From positions 1-33,319 of the IMG/VR virus record IMGVR_UViG_3300025889_000500: a stretch of DNA of 33,319 nt. The stretch is one strand, 5' to 3'. The position numbers were made by a program, and so were the translations under genes. The notes beneath the pieces were generated by a model, which did not search any database, was not told where the DNA came from, and saw nothing but the letters and a program-made list of their open reading frames with translations. Positions within the stretch are counted from its first letter, which is position 1; each line of letters begins with the position of its first letter. Of the stretch, positions 28,334-33,319 are shown one piece after another. The stretch comes from a virus. Taxonomy: Duplodnaviria; Caudoviricetes.

Positions 28334-29361
28334 AAATATTAGTTACAGGATTTAATGCTTTAGCAATTGGTACTGCTAAATCACCATTGAATATTGCAAC
28401 ATCAGCTAGAATACTACCTGAAGTTTTAAGAGAACTTGGACACGAAGTAACTCAAAAAGCAATTATTCCTGGAGAAGATGTATCAATGTATGATAAAGTT
28501 TTTGTATTTGTATTTGGTCCTAATAGTCTTTCAGCTAGATACTGGTATGGTGCGGCATACACCATAATTAAAAGACCTGATGCTATAATCTCCATTGACG
28601 ATTGGCAAACTAAAGATTCAGTAAGTGGTTTTGGTACGTTTAGCCGAGGTCATTGGAGAATATGGAAAAAATTATCTAAAGCAGGTAATCCAGTAGGTAA
28701 AATATATTGGGACGAGGCTCAACCTTATAAGAAAGAAATTGAAGATTTAGTTGATACATTTGCATTTGAAAAATGGCCACATAAACTTTTAATACCAGCA
28801 TATGACGGTGGTAACTACGATGAACTTGGATTAAAAGCAAATGAAATAGTTAATTGGGATCCATCACCTTACACAAATACTTATTTAAAAAATCCGGAAG
28901 AAGGATTATTTGAAAGTCAACCATTACCAGTTGAGAATAAAGAAAAAGCTTGGATACTAGCAAGTTTAGTAAGTAAACAAGGTTGGTTAAAAAAACAAAC
29001 TTTTAATTGGCCAATTAAAACTTTTGGTAATGTAAAAGAAAAACAAACTAGATTAAAAGAACACGAACTATATCAAGAATATAGAAAAGTTTGGGGTATT
29101 ATAAGTCCTCCTCATTATCACACTATGAAAGGTAGTGGTTGGTGGAGAGTAAGATATAAAATGGCTTATGATGCTAAAAGTATTATATTAGCACATCCGG
29201 AAGAAGCTAAAATATTAGGAATAAATATTGATCATAATATTATAGAAAAAGGTAGTAATTTTGAATTAAACGAAATAATTAGTAGTCAGAACGAAATACT
29301 TAAAAATAAATTTTGGACAAAAGAAAGAACGAAAGAATTTTTTAAATGTATGCTAGAATAA
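28330..29361 (+). CDS. GT-B fold protein resembling T4 DNA beta-glucosyltransferase
   Basis: MKI start, LGHEV, DVSMYDKVFV, IDDW, KTFGNVKEKQ and RVRY; 343 aa; colinear with T4 BGT as recalled from memory. Confidence 0.6.
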   Translation: MKILVTGFNALAIGTAKSPLNIATSARILPEVLRELGHEVTQKAIIPGEDVSMYDKVFVFVFGPNSLSARYWYGAAYTIIKRPDAIISIDDWQTKDSVSGFGTFSRGHWRIWKKLSKAGNPVGKIYWDEAQPYKKEIEDLVDTFAFEKWPHKLLIPAYDGGNYDELGLKANEIVNWDPSPYTNTYLKNPEEGLFESQPLPVENKEKAWILASLVSKQGWLKKQTFNWPIKTFGNVKEKQTRLKEHELYQEYRKVWGIISPPHYHTMKGSGWWRVRYKMAYDAKSIILAHPEEAKILGINIDHNIIEKGSNFELNEIISSQNEILKNKFWTKERTKEFFKCMLE

Positions 29362-29918
29362 TAATATTTGAAGGACCAGATGGAGTAGGTAAAACTACTT
29401 TAATAAATCATTTTAAAAAAGAATTTAATAATTCATATTATATGCATTTAAGAGTGCATAAAGATATGAAGTTATGGCATACAGCTAGTATGCGATTAGC
29501 TATTAAAAAGAAAAATCAAGGGAAGTTAGTTTTATTAGATAGACATTGGCCTAGTGAACAATGTTATTCTTATATCTATCGTGATGGTCCTAGTTATAAT
29601 GCTAAATTTATTTATGATAAATTAAAATCAGAAGGTACATTATATGTATGGTGTTTACCAGAAAATATTGAAAAAGTAAAAGCTAATCATAGAATTAATA
29701 GAGAAGAAAGACATGAAGAATATTATGATATTGATAAAGTAGTAGAACTATATGATAATTACTGGCATGGCTTTGAAGATAGACAAAATACTTTATGGGA
29801 ATTAAGTCCATTAAAATTAAGAAATGATTTTATTAGGTACGATATGTTTCAAGAAGGTGATAATTTAGAAAAAGTAACAGAGAAAATAATGGATAGGAGC
29901 TTTGCATTAGGAATATGA
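29346..29918 (+). CDS. dNMP (thymidylate-kinase-like) kinase
   Basis: P-loop EGPDGVGKT; LLDRHWPSE..Y. Confidence 0.8.
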   Translation: MYARIIIFEGPDGVGKTTLINHFKKEFNNSYYMHLRVHKDMKLWHTASMRLAIKKKNQGKLVLLDRHWPSEQCYSYIYRDGPSYNAKFIYDKLKSEGTLYVWCLPENIEKVKANHRINREERHEEYYDIDKVVELYDNYWHGFEDRQNTLWELSPLKLRNDFIRYDMFQEGDNLEKVTEKIMDRSFALGI

Positions 29919-30736
29919 GTGCTTTAAATTTATATTATAAGAAAAAAATATGGGAAATTTATCATAAACCTGAGTTTGTAACTAAACCTAGAGGTTTAAA
30001 AATAGCAGAAGTATTAAATGATAGTTGGATAATTGATATGGATAATCCAATTATTTTAAATGAAGCTAGAAAATTAAGTTACGATTTTATGTTTGGTGAA
30101 GCAGCATGGATGCTTAGTGGTAAAAACGATGTAGCTACAGTATCTAAATATGCTGGTGCTATAAAAAGATTTAGCGATAATGGAATAACTTTTTTTGGAG
30201 CATATGGTCCTAAGATCATTGATCAATTACCTTATGTATTAGATATTTTACAAAATGATAAAGATACAAGACAAGCAGTATTAAATATATGGAGAGAAAA
30301 TCCTAGATCAAGTAAAGATATTCCTTGTACTTTATCTTTACAATTCTTTTTAAGATATGCTAGTGATACATTATGGCTTCATACAACTGCTACAATGAGA
30401 AGTAACGATATTTATTTAGGAACACCTTATGATAGTTTTAATTTTAGTGCTATATCTTTTTATTTAGCATTATTATTAAATGAAAGAGGTATTAATTGTA
30501 AATTAGGTAAATTAAATATACAAGCAGGTAGTCGTCATTTATACGAAACTGATTTTAAAAAAGTAGATAAAATTTTATTAAGTGAAGATATACCTGATTT
30601 TCCATATTTTTCTTTTAATGATTTAATACCTTTATATCACGGTATATCTGATAGATTTATTCCTAATTTAGAACGTGCAGCTAATAGTGGATATAAAGTT
30701 AAATATAAAGTTTTAAAAGACGCTAATGGCATATAG
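29915..30736 (+). CDS. Thymidylate synthase homologue, probable dCMP hydroxymethylase-type
   Basis: EAAW, GAYGP, TRQAV, DIPCT (C138), MRSND...GTPYD (D173), HLYE. Confidence 0.78.
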   Translation: MSALNLYYKKKIWEIYHKPEFVTKPRGLKIAEVLNDSWIIDMDNPIILNEARKLSYDFMFGEAAWMLSGKNDVATVSKYAGAIKRFSDNGITFFGAYGPKIIDQLPYVLDILQNDKDTRQAVLNIWRENPRSSKDIPCTLSLQFFLRYASDTLWLHTTATMRSNDIYLGTPYDSFNFSAISFYLALLLNERGINCKLGKLNIQAGSRHLYETDFKKVDKILLSEDIPDFPYFSFNDLIPLYHGISDRFIPNLERAANSGYKVKYKVLKDANGI

Positions 30737-31214
30737 ACTTCCTAAAGATTGGTATTTTTTAAAGATGGCACATTTAGTTTCAGAACGTGCTACTTGTACA
30801 AGACGTAAAGTAGGTTGTATTTTAATTAATTCTAAAAATCACGTAGTAGCTACAGGTTATAATGGAGTATCATCTGGTCAAGAACATTGTATAGATAACC
30901 CTTGTAAAGGAGCAGAATTAAAATCAGGACAAGGTTTAGAATTATGTGAAGCAATACACGCTGAACAAAATGCATTATTACAATGTAAAGATGTCTACGA
31001 TATAGATACTGTTTTTTGTACAGTAAGTCCTTGCATTCATTGTTTGAAATTATTATTGAATACTTCTACTAAACATATTGTATTTATGGAAAAGTATGTA
31101 GACGCAGATCCATTAGGAGAATACTGGATAAAAAATACATTAGGTAGAGGTGGTTCATGGACTTATATAAATAAGAAAGTTATACTAGATAAATGTTCAA
31201 GTTCTCTGAATTAG
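30726..31214 (+). CDS. dCMP deaminase
   Basis: RATC.RRKVG, TGYNG, HAEQNA, SPCIHC. Confidence 0.92.
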   Translation: MAYRLPKDWYFLKMAHLVSERATCTRRKVGCILINSKNHVVATGYNGVSSGQEHCIDNPCKGAELKSGQGLELCEAIHAEQNALLQCKDVYDIDTVFCTVSPCIHCLKLLLNTSTKHIVFMEKYVDADPLGEYWIKNTLGRGGSWTYINKKVILDKCSSSLN

Positions 31215-33034
31215 AAAAGTCTAGTATCATTGCTATTGATACAGAGACACACGATCCTCGTTTGAAAACTCATGGACCAGGTGGATTTAGAAAAGATGGT
31301 AAGTTAGTTGGAATATCTATAGCAACTGACTCTGGTTATAATGAATATTTTCCAATTGGTCATCAAGCTGGTGGTAATTTAGATAATAATAAAGTTATTG
31401 ATTTTTTAGATAAAATGCTAAAACTCAATAAAACTTACGTTTTTGCTAATGCTATTTATGACATGGAGTGGCTTTATTCACACGATAATAGACTGGCCTT
31501 TACTCGTAGTCATAGAATTTACGATGTACAAGGTATAGAGCATTTAATAGATGAAAATAAATTAAAATATTCATTAGATAGTTTAGCCAAAAGATATTTA
31601 AAAAAATCTAAATATGAAGTTGAATTAGGAAAAGCAGTTTTAGCAGAGTTTGGTAAACGTGCTAAAGTAAAAGAAAGCTTATGGAGATTACACGCAAACT
31701 TTGTATCTGAGTATGCTAAAGAAGACGCATTACTTACTTTACAAATATTTCAAAAACAACAAGAAATAATTGATAAGCAAGAAATAAGAAACATAGTTGA
31801 ATTTGAATCAAGACTTATACCATTACTATTTGAAATTCGTAAGCGAGGAGTAAGAATTAATATTAATAAAGCAGAAGAACTGTATGATATGCTTGAAAAA
31901 AAACAAGTTGAAGTGCAAGAAAGACTAAATAAACTTGGAGGAGATGAAGTTAATGTATGGGCAAACGCTTCATTAAAACAAGCATATGATAAAAATAAGA
32001 TTAATTATAATTACACCGCAAAAGGTATGGCGTCTTTCACTGCAAGTTGGCTTGAAAGTCAAGTGGATGATGTCTCTAAAAGTATCTTAGCAGTTAGAAA
32101 GTTAGACAAGATAAGAAATACATTTATTAAAAATATGATTCTAGAGAAAGCTGTAAGTGGTAGGATACATTGTAATTTTAATCCACATGGAACTGTTACA
32201 GGTAGATTTAGCTCTAACTATCCTAATCTACAACAAGTACCTGCAAAAGACCCTGAACTTGGTCCAATGATCAGAAGTTTATTTATACCAGAAGAAGAAT
32301 CAGAATGGGTTGTATCAGATTATTCTCAACAAGAACCTAGAGTATTAGTCCACTATGCTAGTTTAAAAAATATGAAAACTGCTTTAGCTGCTAGAGATCA
32401 ATTTAATAATAACGATGATACTGACTTTCATCAAATGGTAGCTGATATGGCAAATATACCTAGAAAACAAGCTAAAACTATTAACTTAGGTTTATTTTAT
32501 GGAATGGGTAATAAAAAATTAGCTGCAGAATTAGGACTAGATATGGATGCTGCATATGATCTTTTTAATAAGTATCATTCTAAAGTACCGTTTGTAAAAG
32601 AATTATCTAAACAAGTATCACATGTAGCTAGTACAAGAGGTTATATAAAAACTTTATTAGGACGTAAAAGAAGGTTTGATTTATGGGAACCTAGAGATAG
32701 TTGGGGAGAAAAAGCTGTATCATTATCAGAAGCTTATGAAAAATATCCAAAACAAGAATTAAAAAGAGCAATGACTCATACAGGATTAAACGCTTTAATA
32801 CAAGGAAGCTCTGCGGATATTACAAAAGCAGCAATGTTAAAAATATGGGATAGTGGTTTAATGGACGAGATTGATATTAAATTAACTATACACGATGAAT
32901 TAGATTTTTCTATACCTCATACTAAACAAAAATGTTTAGACGAAGCTATACAAATGATGAAAAATGCTGTAAAACTTAACGTACCATTAAAGGTAGACGT
33001 TGAGAAAGGAGATAGCTGGGGTACAGCAAAATAA
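31193..33034 (+). CDS. polA: Family A DNA polymerase with 3'-5' exonuclease domain
   Basis: IDTET, TGRFSS..PNLQQ, DYSQQEPR (motif A), AKTINLGLFYG (motif B), IHDEL (motif C). Confidence 0.96.
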   Translation: MFKFSELEKSSIIAIDTETHDPRLKTHGPGGFRKDGKLVGISIATDSGYNEYFPIGHQAGGNLDNNKVIDFLDKMLKLNKTYVFANAIYDMEWLYSHDNRLAFTRSHRIYDVQGIEHLIDENKLKYSLDSLAKRYLKKSKYEVELGKAVLAEFGKRAKVKESLWRLHANFVSEYAKEDALLTLQIFQKQQEIIDKQEIRNIVEFESRLIPLLFEIRKRGVRININKAEELYDMLEKKQVEVQERLNKLGGDEVNVWANASLKQAYDKNKINYNYTAKGMASFTASWLESQVDDVSKSILAVRKLDKIRNTFIKNMILEKAVSGRIHCNFNPHGTVTGRFSSNYPNLQQVPAKDPELGPMIRSLFIPEEESEWVVSDYSQQEPRVLVHYASLKNMKTALAARDQFNNNDDTDFHQMVADMANIPRKQAKTINLGLFYGMGNKKLAAELGLDMDAAYDLFNKYHSKVPFVKELSKQVSHVASTRGYIKTLLGRKRRFDLWEPRDSWGEKAVSLSEAYEKYPKQELKRAMTHTGLNALIQGSSADITKAAMLKIWDSGLMDEIDIKLTIHDELDFSIPHTKQKCLDEAIQMMKNAVKLNVPLKVDVEKGDSWGTAK

Positions 33035-33319
33035 ATGAATATTGGTTTTTTAGGATTAGGTAAACTAGGATTACCTGTAGCTCTTGCAATTGAAGATAAA
33101 GGACATAAAGTTATTGGTACAGATATTAATGAAACAACTTTAAGAAATATAAGATTTAAAACACTGAATTATAAAGAAAAAGGTGCTAATGATCTACTAA
33201 AAAATTCTAAATTAGAATTAAAAAATATTAGCGAAATAGTATCTGAATCTGATATAATATTTGTTCCAATTCAAACTCCTCACGAAGAAAAGTATGAAGG
33301 TATAACTAGAATACCAGAT
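33035..33319 (+). CDS. UDP-glucose/GDP-mannose dehydrogenase family, N-terminal part (truncated by window end)
   Basis: Hand translation MNIGFLGLGKLGLPVALAIEDKGHKVIGTDIN...E.G...SDIIFVPIQTP; Rossmann GxGxxG, GxD and TP motifs; starts 1 nt after the polA stop; not in the ORF track. Confidence 0.85.
   Translation, partial: MNIGFLGLGKLGLPVALAIEDKGHKVIGTDINETTLRNIRFKTLNYKEKGANDLLKNSKLELKNISEIVSESDIIFVPIQTPHEEKYEGITRIPD

Noticed and set aside
29915-30736. Annotation as ordinary thyA
   Set aside because: Asp instead of Asn at the specificity site and PCT instead of PCH
1-33319. CRISPR array, tRNA, integrase/att, intron/intein, DGR, alternative genetic code
   Set aside because: None seen by eye; genes are densely packed, uninterrupted and use standard stops; polA and the helicases have no evident insertions

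Overview
This is an AT-rich (roughly 30% GC by eye) dsDNA tailed-phage fragment, podovirus-like and probably marine. Gene order and composition recall pelagiphage/uvMED genomes, but the host cannot be proven from sequence. Almost all genes are on the + strand. 1-18279 is the virion module: adaptors, an embedded glycosyltransferase, tail/fibre and Gly-rich proteins, four tandem 2OG-Fe(II) oxygenase-like genes, a tail-hub protein, a GNAT and ejection proteins. 18283-19485 holds a resolvase-like nuclease, amidase, holin and a tiny membrane peptide. 19478-20953 is a minus-strand SNF2 helicase. 21038-26831 is replication (SSB-like, primase, DEDDh exonuclease, UvrD). The most interesting part is 26844-33319, a tightly coupled putative cytosine-hypermodification operon: an atypical C5-methyltransferase with Arg at the motif X Asn, a MazG-like NTP pyrophosphatase, a T4 beta-glucosyltransferase-like protein, a dNMP kinase, a dCMP-type thymidylate-synthase homologue, dCMP deaminase, a Leu762 PolA and a truncated nucleotide-sugar dehydrogenase. 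All family calls come from motif recognition by eye; no searches were run.
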